NCBI GenBank assembly: GCA_031276135.1 | Contig: JAISNR010000087.1 | Location: 1 to 60,369, forward strand | Source: Eubacteriales Family XIII. Incertae Sedis bacterium | GTDB taxonomy: Bacteria; Bacillota; Clostridia; Peptostreptococcales; Anaerovoracaceae | DNA length: 60,369 nucleotides | Direction: 5' to 3' | Part shown: positions 43,315 through 53,400 of the stretch, in pieces | Position numbering within the stretch: position 1 is the stretch's first letter | How the letters are laid out: every line of letters starts with the position of its first letter | Program-made: the position numbers and the translations under genes | Notes under the pieces: model-generated | What the model was told of the DNA's origin: nothing | The model's database searches: none | The model's input: only the letters and a program-made list of their open reading frames with translations

Positions 43315-44352
43315 TTATTTTTTTATATGTTTCGCATACGCAAATAAACATGCGAACGATACTACAAGACCGAGAAATGGGCAATATGTGTACAATGTCG
43401 ACCATAAACTTGATACGTTCCCACTGTTTTCGCCACCTTCCGATATCAATATTTTTAAAAAATACCATATCGAAAAAAGCAATATGTAAACAAGCATATT
43501 ACTTTTTTTAAGTTCACCACCATCGTAATGCCGATAAACGAATCCCCATGTTAATATTAAAACAACAATAAATATAAGCAATTGAATTTTAGCTGAGTTC
43601 TCTATTATTAAATGTGCTCTCATTTTTTCATCTTTGCCAAGAAACGGCATTGAATAAGACACAACATACAAAAAAGCAAATAATATTGTCCATTTGGGAA
43701 TAAGTTTTTCTTTGGAAATCTCATTTTTTCTTTTATTACGCAATAAGAAAATTGTATGAAATGTAAAAACTACAATTGAAAGATAAATGACAATCGTCAA
43801 ATGTATCGCATTATAAAATTCATAGGGAAGGTAAATCTCTCTTGTCTTGGAAAACAGAAAACCCGTCATCAATGCAAAATAAACCATGAAATTTTCCATG
43901 AGCAGAAAAAATCTGCTATCTTGACGCAACAAGTCAAACTGTTGAAAGTTTTTTAAATATTTTGTGTATATTATAATGCTCGCACAAATAAGTGCTCCAA
44001 ATATGTTATTTGGTAAATATTGAAAATATGTGTCCAAACTTATAGCATTATACTGAACTTTTATTATTATTGGAATCAAGCTTGAAATTATAAGTATACT
44101 CACAATCAACCAACTGGGTAAGCAAAAAATGAATTTGGGCATAAAAATATTTTTAAACCCTCTGTTCCGCGCAATATGCCCATATCTTGACGTATAATAT
44201 GAATTGTGCCAAATAAGCAAAATTGAACACAACGGAAAGATATATTTAAATGGTGCCTCATCAATAAAAATTGTTGCAATCCATATAATACCGGCATCCA
44301 CTGCATTGAGAATTGCATCCACATTTAGCGGTTTGTTTTTTTTAATGTCCAT
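43315..44352 (-). CDS. Strongly AT-rich polytopic membrane protein (~345 aa, about 9-10 TM), function unknown
   Basis: ATG at 44352 (MDIKKNKPLNV...); the TTG at 44382 is an alternative. Hydrophobic segments run throughout (IIWIATIFI, LPSWLIVSILIISSLIPIII, FGALICASIIIY, FMVYFALMTGFLF, IHLTIVIYLSIVVFTFHTIFLL, WTILFAFLYVVSY, IQLLIFIVVLILTWGFV, MLVYILLFSIWYFL, CPFLGLVVSFACLFAY). Composition is far more AT-rich than both flanks. Confidence 0.65.
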   Translation of the reverse strand: MDIKKNKPLNVDAILNAVDAGIIWIATIFIDEAPFKYIFPLCSILLIWHNSYYTSRYGHIARNRGFKNIFMPKFIFCLPSWLIVSILIISSLIPIIIKVQYNAISLDTYFQYLPNNIFGALICASIIIYTKYLKNFQQFDLLRQDSRFFLLMENFMVYFALMTGFLFSKTREIYLPYEFYNAIHLTIVIYLSIVVFTFHTIFLLRNKRKNEISKEKLIPKWTILFAFLYVVSYSMPFLGKDEKMRAHLIIENSAKIQLLIFIVVLILTWGFVYRHYDGGELKKSNMLVYILLFSIWYFLKILISEGGENSGNVSSLWSTLYTYCPFLGLVVSFACLFAYAKHIKK

Positions 44353-44454
44353 ATTATTCACCAAATCCGAATTGTTTGACAATATATTAGATTTTCAATA
44401 TTTTCAGTCACCGGCCACCGTTCGGACGGAGGTCTAAGGTCTGTTTCAATAGGA

Positions 44455-44540
44455 AAAGCAATCTTGCCGCGATGATATCTATAAACAAGTGTGGCGTTGG
44501 TCATATTGATTGCGTTGTTCCTATTTACATTGTTCTCGAA
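44455..44540 (-). pseudogene. Decayed fragment of a dockerin second repeat (dockerin fossil)
   Basis: The minus-strand reading is ENNVNRNNAINMTNATLVYRYHRGKIAF. Compare DVNGDNAVNMADATLVYRYHRGKI at the ends of the three dockerin genes. The nucleotide alignment to 37070..37145 is clear, with mostly G/C->A/T changes. A stop lies upstream, and there is no first repeat or catalytic body. Confidence 0.7.
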
Positions 44541-44609
44541 AGGTTGTACGACAACATGACAATATTATTAATAGTGATCACAACATACGGCAATTCGAAT
44601 GCTTTGCTG

Positions 44610-45821
44610 TCACTCTTGCATTTCTTCAACAAGCCTCTCAAATACGGTTGCGACCTCGGCCCGCGTCGCATTTCCTTGCGGATCAAAAAGATTGCCCGGC
44701 TTGCCGGTCACGACGCCGGCGTTGAAAAAGATCTGTACCGCACTCTTGGCGTAATTCGCGATTCCGTCCTCGTCAGCGAATGCCGCATACCGGGCATCAT
44801 CGCGGAATTGTCTGCTCTCAAATTCGGAATGCCGAGCCAAAATCGTCACAAGATCCTGCCGCGTGATCGCAGCGTCCGGCGCGAAACGACCGCCGCCGAC
44901 CCCGTTCACGATCCCGTTCGCGCCGGCCCAAAGCACGGCGTCCGTATACCATTGCCCGTCTGCCACGTCCGCGAAGGGATTGTCTGCCGCCACCGAGGAT
45001 CCGCCTGCGCTTCGGTACAGCACCGTGACAAGCATGGCACGCGTCATCGCGGCATTCGGCGAAAACCTGTCTGCGGCCGTCCCGTTCATCAGACCTTTGT
45101 CCAGCGCGTATTTCACGGCTTCGAAGAACCAATCGCTCTCCCGCACGTCGGCAAAGGGATTCGTCTGCGGCGTCATGGCGACAGACGCGGAATCATCGCC
45201 CGGCACAGGCGTCGCATCCTCCGAACCGCCGGAAGTCGCAGACGGCGGCTTCGGCGCCGCATCCTCTCCGCTGGACGGAGTTCCGCCGCCGGATGCGCCG
45301 GAGGAAGATGCGGGAACTTCTTTGTCCTTTACAACGAATGTCGCGGGAATGACCGTATTCGGAATTCCATTGACATCCTCGTCGAGAAGCTCAATGTTCG
45401 CCAACGTGACCGTTTTGTCGCCGCCCGTCGATACCGTACAGGCAAAAGTTGCGATTTCCAACGGACCGCCGTTGTACACGGCGTCGGTGAGTCCGCCCGC
45501 GACATTCAGCCTGGGCTCTTCCTGAAAATCCGCATCCGTGAATCCCGTGCTTTCCTTAAAAGCGGACGTCACCGCTCCCGTTCCGGGTTTTACGGTCAAG
45601 CCCTCGGGAAGGATCACGTCAAAGCTGAACGCGAAAAAATTCGTGCCTTCCGCGCCGCTCATGCCGATCGTGAACCGCACCTCGTCGCCGGGCGCCGCGA
45701 CTCGCACGGACGGCGTTACCGTCAACGAGATGCTCTCCGCCGCCGAAACATGCACAATGAATGCCGCGTTTACAATCATTAATGCGGAAACAAGTACAAC
45801 AAAACGCTTTCCGATGTTCAT
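44610..45821 (-). CDS. Cell-surface anchoring protein: signal peptide + one cohesin-like module + linker + 3 SLH domains
   Basis: GGAG, then ATG at 45821 (MNIGKRFVVLVSALMIVNAAFIVHVSA). Cohesin-like ~140 aa (ISLTVTPSVRVAAPGDEVRFTIGMSGAEGTNFFAFSFDVILPEGL...YNGGPLEIATFACTV...TVTLANIELLDED...). P/S/G linker. SLH x3 (FADVRESDWFFEAVKYALDKGLMNG..FSPNAAMTRAMLVTVL; FADVADGQWYTDAVLWAGANGIVNG..FAPDAAITRQDLVTIL; FADEDGIANYAKSAVQIFFNAGVVTG..FDPQGNATRAEVATVF). Confidence 0.7.
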   Translation of the reverse strand: MNIGKRFVVLVSALMIVNAAFIVHVSAAESISLTVTPSVRVAAPGDEVRFTIGMSGAEGTNFFAFSFDVILPEGLTVKPGTGAVTSAFKESTGFTDADFQEEPRLNVAGGLTDAVYNGGPLEIATFACTVSTGGDKTVTLANIELLDEDVNGIPNTVIPATFVVKDKEVPASSSGASGGGTPSSGEDAAPKPPSATSGGSEDATPVPGDDSASVAMTPQTNPFADVRESDWFFEAVKYALDKGLMNGTAADRFSPNAAMTRAMLVTVLYRSAGGSSVAADNPFADVADGQWYTDAVLWAGANGIVNGVGGGRFAPDAAITRQDLVTILARHSEFESRQFRDDARYAAFADEDGIANYAKSAVQIFFNAGVVTGKPGNLFDPQGNATRAEVATVFERLVEEMQE

Positions 45822-45911
45822 ATTTTTCACTCCAAACGATTCTTTTTCCATAATTTTGAATAATCAATCCGCAATGCAAATCGATTTGCGAAAAAAAACA
45901 TGTTCGCAATC

Positions 45912-45942
45912 GGAACGGGCGGGCACAAAGCCCGCCCGTTCC
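45912..45942 (-). terminator. Perfect 13-bp-stem hairpin between the two cohesin genes (terminator/attenuator candidate)
   Basis: GGAACGGGCGGGC-loop-GCCCGCCCGTTCC. On the minus strand a T8 run follows 14 nt downstream. A second palindrome GCAAATCGATTTGC lies at 45877..45890. Confidence 0.4.
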
Positions 45943-45974
45943 CGAAAATCCGTATGCGCGTATTTTGTCAAAAA

Positions 45975-48900
45975 CTATTTTATCGCTTCGGCGTACCTGT
46001 GCAACACGGCGGCGGTTTCCGCGCGCGTGGCGTTGCCTTTGGGATCGAACAGGTTGCCGGGTTTGCCGCTCACGATGCCGCCGCAATACAGGGTTTCCAC
46101 GGCCTTCTTCGCGTAATCGGAAATCAGGCTCTCATCCTCAAAGGTCACATATTGCAGCGTCACGGGGAATTGCTTGCCCGAAAAATCCGCGTAGCGCGCA
46201 AGCAACGCCGCCAAATCCTGTCTCGTCACTTCGGCGTCCGGAGCGAATTTCCCGCCGCCCACGCCGTTGACGATCCCGTTTTCTTTTGCCCATTCCACAT
46301 AGGCGGCATAATATTGCCCCTGCCGCACATCGTCGAAGCCGCTCGCCGTGTACGCGGCCGCGTTCACCTCCGAAAGTCTGCCGAGAACCGTAACGATCAT
46401 GCCTCTCGTCATCGTCGCGTTCGGGCTGAACGCGTTCGCCGAAGTTCCGTTGAACAAGCCGTTGGTCACCGCGTATTCCACGTCACCGAAGAACCAGTCG
46501 GATGCGGAAACATCCGCGAACGGATTGGCCCAAGCCGATGTTTCCTCCTCCGGAGCCTCCGGATCTTGGCCGACCACATAGAAGGACAGATGGCCGGGGA
46601 GTTCAAAGCGCAGAATCTTTGTCGCGGCGTCGTAGCGGCTTGCGAGCTTTTCGCGCGCGCCGTCGTTCGCAAGGCTCCACGCGCCCGCCGGAAGCCCGCC
46701 CGCATAGGGCACGGACACCTCCATCTTGCCTTCAAACGACGTTATGCTTTGTGAACCCGAGGATATGCTTATGTCGAACACCGAATCGCCCTGCTTCACA
46801 CCCGTCCGCTGCGCGGCACTCAAGCCCGAAGCGGGAACGGATTTGACGCTTACGGACACATTGTCGCCTTGAGAAGCGGCCGCCACCGAACGCGCCGCAA
46901 CCCCGTCCAACGCCGCCGTTCCTGCGGGAAGTCTGATTTCAATGCCGGACAGGGCCTCCGCGATGGTCGCAAGCGCCGCCTTGGGCATGCTTGCGGACGT
47001 CGTTCCCGAAATCTTCGACAGGTCGAAGATCGCCGCATTGTCCGATTTGTCGATGATCTCGGCGATCTTCGCGTCGGGCAACGAAAGCGTCACATCGCCT
47101 CCCGACCTCGCATAAGAGATCGTAACGGAACCACCGGCCACTGTCACCGACGAGGGTCCCGACGAGCCGCCGGAACCGCCGGACGGCACCCCGCCCGAGG
47201 AATCGGATATCGTGAGCTTCCCGTTCGCGTAATCGGCGATCCTGTAGTTCGCTCCGGCCGTGCCGTTCAGTGTTCCGCCCGTTATCGTGATCGCGTACTC
47301 CGCCGCCGCGCCGGAATCCGCACCGTCGCATTGCAGGGCGGGCTCGACGGACATCACATCCGCCTTCGCGTCGGGGCTCACGAGACCCGATATGCTGTAT
47401 GTGTATGTCGGGAGCGCTTCGCCGATTCGGATGCTTTTGTCGTCCGCCGTCAGCGTCAGCGGCGCTTTTTCTATCGCGAAACCGAAGCGCGCGCTTCCGA
47501 TGTGTTCCGCGTCGGAAGCGGGGACCTCCGCCGTGAGAACATAGACGCCCGCCTTGACGGGAGCTTCTTCTCCGACTGCGAAATGCGTGCCGTCATACGC
47601 GTCCCCCTCGTATGAGAAAGAGAGCTCGACGGAGGGATCGGACGCGACCGCGCTCACATCGAGGGGCTTTCCGTCATAAACCTTCGTCATGCCAAGCGGC
47701 GCCGAGATGGAAACCGGCGTTTTGTCCGTTATGTTGACGGTGATCACGGCATTGGATATGTCGTAATTGTTGCTTATGAATCCGATCTCCATACCGGCTG
47801 CGGCGTCGACCGCCGCCGCGCTCGCCATGTGAACGGTGAGCATCGAACCGTCGATCTCGGCGTCGCGCGCGAAAACGGGATTGCTTGCGCCGTTTGAGAT
47901 AACGTAGGCGCTCACCTGCGACGAAGCCACGTTGCCCGGCAAGAGACCCGCGAGATCGATCGTGTAATCGGCGGACTCTTTCGATTTGACGTACAGAATC
48001 CGGGAGATGCTCGCGGCGGGTGCTTTGTCGATGACCAGATTGCCGAGAGCAAGGCCCGCAATCGAGCCGTAATTCGTCCCTGCGGCGATATCGGCCGTAA
48101 CCGCGTAACTTCCCGCGTTCGTCGGCGCCGCCGGCGAGCCGTTGTACTTCACGACGACCGCGCCGAGTCCGCTCTTGCCCGCACCCGCCGTCACCGTCAC
48201 GGCATGCGGCGCACCGTCGTAGCGCGCGGCGCCGAGGTCAAAGCTCAGGTTGTCCGTCGCCGGCGCGAGCTTGCCGATCACGAAACTTTGGCTTGCCGTG
48301 CCGGAATAATTTCCCTTGCCCGCGATCGTCAGCGTGTAGCTGCCCGCGTTCGTCTCCGTCGGCAGATTCGTGACGGTATAATCGTCCGCATCCAAGGGGT
48401 CCCCGTCCGTCACGGCATAGATCGGAGATTGCGCGGTTCCGCTATAGGCGTAGTTTCCCGTGATGGCCAGCATGGAGTTCTCAAGGGGCTTCGGGGCGAT
48501 CGTAAAGCCGCCGAGCGCGAGAGCGGGCGCAGCCGAATAATTGTCGCCCTCCGCGATCGCGACGCTTACGGCATAGCTTCCCGCATCGACGGGCGCCGCA
48601 GCCGAACCGTTGTAAGAAACCGCGCCCACGGCCCCGAAGCCCGTCAACCCGGCCTTGGCCGTCGCCGTCACGGAATGCGCGGACGCGTCGTATTGCAACC
48701 CTGTCGGCAGCGTGAAGTCGAGGTCTTCCGGCGACGGAGCTTTCTTCTCTATGGTCAGGCGCGCGGTCTTGCTTCCGATCGCCGCAGCGCTTTCGTATGC
48801 GGCGGTCACATCGTAGCTGCCCGCGTTCGTCGGCGGCGCGGCTGTCGGCCCGTAGGTCGTTGCGCCGACGCCCGCGTAGCTGTAGATGAACGTCCCGCCG

Positions 48901-50315
48901 CTGCCGTCCGCGCTCACGGCCGCAGGCAACGATTTCGGCGTTCCGTCGTAAGTGAACGCGCCGTTCTCGAACGTGATTGTATCGTCGACGATTGTCTTGT
49001 CCACAATGCTCACATTGAATGTGGTCGGCGTTGCGGCGGTGTACTCGTCGCCGCCGTCGCCGTCAACGTTCACGGCCGCCGCGTCGACTTGGATCGTCAC
49101 CGTTCCCGTGGCCTCGCCTGCGGTCAGCGTCGTGCCCGAGAGCTGCGCGTCGGCCGCGCCGGTGCTGCTTGCAATTGCATAGGACAGCGTTCCGCCGCCG
49201 CTCGCCGAGATGCCGGCGGATACGTCAAGCGCGCCGTTAATGACCAAGGTCTTGTTTGCGGCGCCGTTTATCGTCTGCGCGGCCGTGCTGATCTCGCCGC
49301 CCAGCGCGGACGCGGGCAGAGAAGACGCGGAATAGTTGCCCGCGCTATCGCCCAGAAGCGTCCAATCGCTGAGCGCGACGGTCTTCCCCGTTCCGACATA
49401 TGGGTCGGCGTATGCGCCGCTCACGGTGGCCGTGACCTTGCCTTCATCGACGGTTTCAATCTCCGTAAGCCCCGTCACGGGTACGGTCGCGGCATTCGTG
49501 CCGTCGTAAGGCTTCGTGATCGTGCCGAAGGTCGCGCCGGTCAGGTTTTTTGGCGTTATCGTAATCGTGGCGCTTTTGGAACCGAATGCTTCCGCGCCTG
49601 TGTAGGTCGCGGTCACGCTGTACGTTCCCGCGTTTGCGGGCGGGTTCGCCGTCGGCTCGTAGGCCGTACCGCCGGTTCCCGCATAACTGTAGGCATACGA
49701 TCCGCCGTCGCCGAAGTCGGTCGGCGTCGCCGTCAGGGATTTGGCGATTCCGTCGTATGCGGCGGTGATGTCCGCCAGCGTGATCTGCGCGCCGATGTCT
49801 TCTTTGACAATAACCTGTGCAGGGCTGACGAGACCCACCATATTGGAGACACTTTCATCATACAGCGCACTTTCGATCAAATTTATTGTATGGAGGCCTC
49901 TCGTGATCGCCGTGCATGTGAAGGTCGCGATGTCCAGCGGGCCGCCGCTGTATACGGCCTCATTCATTCCGCCGCTGACCATTATTTTGGGGTCTTCGTC
50001 GAAAATCGCGTCCGCAAATCCGGTGGCAGTCTTGAATGCGCCTGCTACGACACCGCTTCCCGACTTCAACGCAAAGCCGATGGGAATCTGGATTTCTATG
50101 CTGAAAGAAAAAAGATTCTTCCCTTCCGCGCTTCCCATGCTTATGGTGAAATCCACCTCGTCGCCCACTTCCACCACAGTGTCCGACGGCGTCACGGTCA
50201 GCGGGATGCTGCCTGCGGCCGTGACCGGCGCGGCCGGAAATGCGCTCACAACAAGCAACATTGCCAGCAAAACCATAAGGCTCCTTCCCCCGGCTTTTTT
50301 GATTGTTCTCTTCAT
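45975..50315 (-). CDS. Large anchoring scaffold: signal peptide + cohesin-like module + ~10 Ig-like (MBG/YDG-type) repeats + 3 SLH domains (1446 aa)
   Basis: GAGGAGGG, then ATG at 50315 (MKRTIKKAGGRSLMVLLAMLLVVSAFPAAPVTA). The cohesin-like module is paralogous to that of 44610..45821 (IPLTVTPSDTVVEVGDEVDFTISMGSAEGKNLFSFSIEIQIP...YSGGPLDIATFTCTA...). Repeated units contain ..YDG..K.L.A....GG.F.YSY.G.G.T.Y.PT..PP.NAGSY.VTA.Y. The C-terminus carries SLH x3 (FADVSASDWFFGDVEYAVTNGLFNG...). Confidence 0.7.
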   Translation of the reverse strand: MKRTIKKAGGRSLMVLLAMLLVVSAFPAAPVTAAGSIPLTVTPSDTVVEVGDEVDFTISMGSAEGKNLFSFSIEIQIPIGFALKSGSGVVAGAFKTATGFADAIFDEDPKIMVSGGMNEAVYSGGPLDIATFTCTAITRGLHTINLIESALYDESVSNMVGLVSPAQVIVKEDIGAQITLADITAAYDGIAKSLTATPTDFGDGGSYAYSYAGTGGTAYEPTANPPANAGTYSVTATYTGAEAFGSKSATITITPKNLTGATFGTITKPYDGTNAATVPVTGLTEIETVDEGKVTATVSGAYADPYVGTGKTVALSDWTLLGDSAGNYSASSLPASALGGEISTAAQTINGAANKTLVINGALDVSAGISASGGGTLSYAIASSTGAADAQLSGTTLTAGEATGTVTIQVDAAAVNVDGDGGDEYTAATPTTFNVSIVDKTIVDDTITFENGAFTYDGTPKSLPAAVSADGSGGTFIYSYAGVGATTYGPTAAPPTNAGSYDVTAAYESAAAIGSKTARLTIEKKAPSPEDLDFTLPTGLQYDASAHSVTATAKAGLTGFGAVGAVSYNGSAAAPVDAGSYAVSVAIAEGDNYSAAPALALGGFTIAPKPLENSMLAITGNYAYSGTAQSPIYAVTDGDPLDADDYTVTNLPTETNAGSYTLTIAGKGNYSGTASQSFVIGKLAPATDNLSFDLGAARYDGAPHAVTVTAGAGKSGLGAVVVKYNGSPAAPTNAGSYAVTADIAAGTNYGSIAGLALGNLVIDKAPAASISRILYVKSKESADYTIDLAGLLPGNVASSQVSAYVISNGASNPVFARDAEIDGSMLTVHMASAAAVDAAAGMEIGFISNNYDISNAVITVNITDKTPVSISAPLGMTKVYDGKPLDVSAVASDPSVELSFSYEGDAYDGTHFAVGEEAPVKAGVYVLTAEVPASDAEHIGSARFGFAIEKAPLTLTADDKSIRIGEALPTYTYSISGLVSPDAKADVMSVEPALQCDGADSGAAAEYAITITGGTLNGTAGANYRIADYANGKLTISDSSGGVPSGGSGGSSGPSSVTVAGGSVTISYARSGGDVTLSLPDAKIAEIIDKSDNAAIFDLSKISGTTSASMPKAALATIAEALSGIEIRLPAGTAALDGVAARSVAAASQGDNVSVSVKSVPASGLSAAQRTGVKQGDSVFDISISSGSQSITSFEGKMEVSVPYAGGLPAGAWSLANDGAREKLASRYDAATKILRFELPGHLSFYVVGQDPEAPEEETSAWANPFADVSASDWFFGDVEYAVTNGLFNGTSANAFSPNATMTRGMIVTVLGRLSEVNAAAYTASGFDDVRQGQYYAAYVEWAKENGIVNGVGGGKFAPDAEVTRQDLAALLARYADFSGKQFPVTLQYVTFEDESLISDYAKKAVETLYCGGIVSGKPGNLFDPKGNATRAETAAVLHRYAEAIK

Positions 50316-50402
50316 AGTTCCCTCCTCATTCAATGTTTTTGTGAAACGGATCAAATCTTCTTTGCCCTGCGGCATGTTATATCATATATGTAAACATCTG
50401 CG

Positions 50403-53400
50403 TCAATGGGCGCTGATCGAAAAAACAGTGATCTTCCCGCGATGATACCGATAAACGAGGGTGGCGTCGGCCATGTTGACCGCATTGTCCCCGTTCACGT
50501 CCGCCGCGAGCAGGTTGTTTCCAACCAGCTGCGTCTTGCCTCTGTGATGCCGGTAGACGAGCGTGGCGTCGGCCATGTCGATCCTGTTGTCTCCGTTCAC
50601 GTCGCCCAATGTGTAAGGCAGTGCGGCGAAATTCGCGATGACCGCCGCATCGCCGCCCGGCATCGTAAACAGCGTGTTCGGAGAGGACGCATCCTCAAAG
50701 TCGCCGCCGTTCGAAGAGCTCCAGCCGTCGAACGCATAGCCGGGATTTGCCTTCGCGGAGATCTCAATCGCGTCGCCCTCGAAGTACTTCCCGCCCCTCG
50801 TTCCGACCGCGGCGCCGCCCGGACCGGCCTCGACCGTCAGCGTGTAATCGTCCTCCGCGCCCATGCCGATGTAGACAAGCGCCGTGTTGTCGCCCGTCAG
50901 AAGCTCGTCCTTTTCGGATTCGACGGCAAAGCAAAAGGCTTCCGTTCCGTTTCCTTCGGCCAAATCCGTCAGGTTGATCAGCAGGGATCGATGCCGCGCG
51001 CCGCTCACCGCGCCGAGCTCCGTTTCGTACAGGACTTCTCCGTCCGGCGTGTCCGCGGTCACGCGCAGCACGGCGTCCGTTTCCGTGCCGCCGAGGTTTC
51101 GCACGATCACGTTCGCGTGGTCGTCGCCGTTTGACAGGAGCCGCGTCGCGCTCACGGAAAGATCCGCATAGCCGATTCGGACGGCCCGGGCGTTGTCCGA
51201 CAACTCCGTTTCCGAATCCGCCAGGACGGATATCTCAAAGTCCCGAAGCTCCGCGAGATCGGCGGGGACGGCGAATCCGTCCACGACATATTCCTTCGTT
51301 TCGCCGGGGCCGAGTCCCGCGCCGTTTATCGTCGCGACGGCATTGCCGTCCGCAGACACGCCGATCGCGTCAACGGCCGCGCTGCCCCTGTTCTCGATCG
51401 CGAGCGTCAGCGGCAGGGGACCGCCGGGCCGAACCGCGTCAAAATCGTAATATGCTTCCGCGAGCGCGATGTCGGTTTTGGGTTCGATCCGGGCGACCTT
51501 TACGGACGAGAGCGGCGCGTCGCCGGCAATGCCTTTTGTTTCGAGAAAGACGAGGACCGGCGTTCCTCCCGTTGCAAATCCGTTCGGCGAAGAGGTCAGT
51601 TCGCTCTCCGTGTCGCAGAGCCTGTGGGGAAGCGACCAAGCCGCGCCGTCGAAGGAGGACGCGTAAAAGGACATGCGCGGACTTGTCCCGTCCTCTCCCT
51701 CCGCCGTGCTTTCCCAAACGATGCGAGAGTTCCCCGCTTCGTCCGGAACGAGCGCGAAGCCCGCGCCGAATGCCTTCGGCCCGTTCTTGCCCGCAACGCT
51801 TTCGACATTCGTCAGGTCGGTCGTGTATTTTATGTCGCCGCCCGAATGCCAAAACAGCGCGGGCGTGCCGTTCACCCTGCCGAAGCGCGGATTGCCGTCC
51901 GCGACTTCATCGTCGGTCAGGCGCGTCTTGACGCCGTTCGACGCGTTGAGCACCCATATCTCGCCGTCCCCGTTTGTGTAAGGATCGCCGTCCGCGTCCT
52001 CCGCATAAGCGACGCACGAAACGCCGCCGAGCGTGCCCGCATCGACCGCGGAAACGGTTGCGCCCGCATTCGCGGGGATCCGCGAAACCGCGCCGGGATT
52101 CGACGTGTGCGCGTAGGCGACGAAATGCGCGTTGCCCGCGCCGAACAGACCGTCCCCGCCGTCGAGCCCGTTCACGCTCCACGCGAGGAGCGAGCCGTCG
52201 TCCGAGATCGCGGGCGTCATGTCGGCATAAGCGTCGTTCGTGAGCGCCGTGACGCCGGAAACGCTCCCCGTGTTCGTGTCGAGCACCGCACAATACATTT
52301 CTGCGGCGGCGGCTGTTTCGTCCAAGCCGGCGCCTTGTCCGAGCGGTTCTTTCGCCTTCGTCCACACGATCCGAATGTCGTTTCCGACGACGGCAAGGTC
52401 GAAGTTGAAGTCGGCCGTCGAAGCTTCGCTCTCCGGCAATACCTGCACGGGCGCGCTCCAGTTTTCGTTGTCGGAAGAAACCGCATACACAAGAGCCGTC
52501 CTGTTCTCCGCCGTCCTTTCCGGAATGTCGTGCAGCCAGAACACGTAACTGTTGCCTCCCGCGCGCACGAGCTCCGGCATGGCGTTCGGGAACACGTACT
52601 CAAAGACTGCGGACGCGCTTCCCGGCGCGGATGCGAGAAGCATGCTTTCGACGGCGCCGGGGCTTGTGACGAGGCCCAAGGCGCCGGGGCTTGTGTGTTG
52701 CAGGTAATCGCGGTCCATGAGCTTGTAGGCGCCGCTGTCGCAGGGGTCGAAGTCCTCGGCGGACAGGGGCGACGCATACGACCGGGCGTTGCTGTCGTAG
52801 ATCGTCCATGTGCCGCCGAGGATCCTCTTTTCGGCCTTGAACACAAACGCTTCCGCGAAGAGATACATTTCGCCCGTCAGGGACACGTTGTCGTAGTTGT
52901 CGGAGAAGCGATGCAACCACGCCAACGTCGCCCTGCCGGACGCGCCCACGCTCAGAACTCCGGAAGCGCCCGCGCCGCCGTCGAGGTTCAGCGCAACGGA
53001 CGGTTTCATTTCGCCGAGGCCTCCCGAAACGTACGGAGGTGTTCCGTCTGCGATCAAGATTCTGAGTTCCGCGCTGCCCGACAAGCTCGCCTTCAGACCG
53101 ACGGAGACATACACGGGAACGACGGCGACGATGAAATGCTGCGTGTACGAGGCGCCCGCCGACACCCTGACCGCGACGCCCACATTGATCGTCGCGTTTC
53201 CGTGTTTGTCGACAAAGCCTTCTCCGTAACCCATCGCGTCGGCGCCCAGGCTCTTGACCGGTCCCGCATTGAAAGACGTGCCTCCGAAAGCCTTTGTCGC
53301 ATCAATGCGCTTTTGGAATGTTTTAAAATCCTCTTTCATCTTTTCCAAGGATGTGCCTTCCGGCCTGTTGACGGCAAACCTGATCTTCCCGTCTTCCGAA

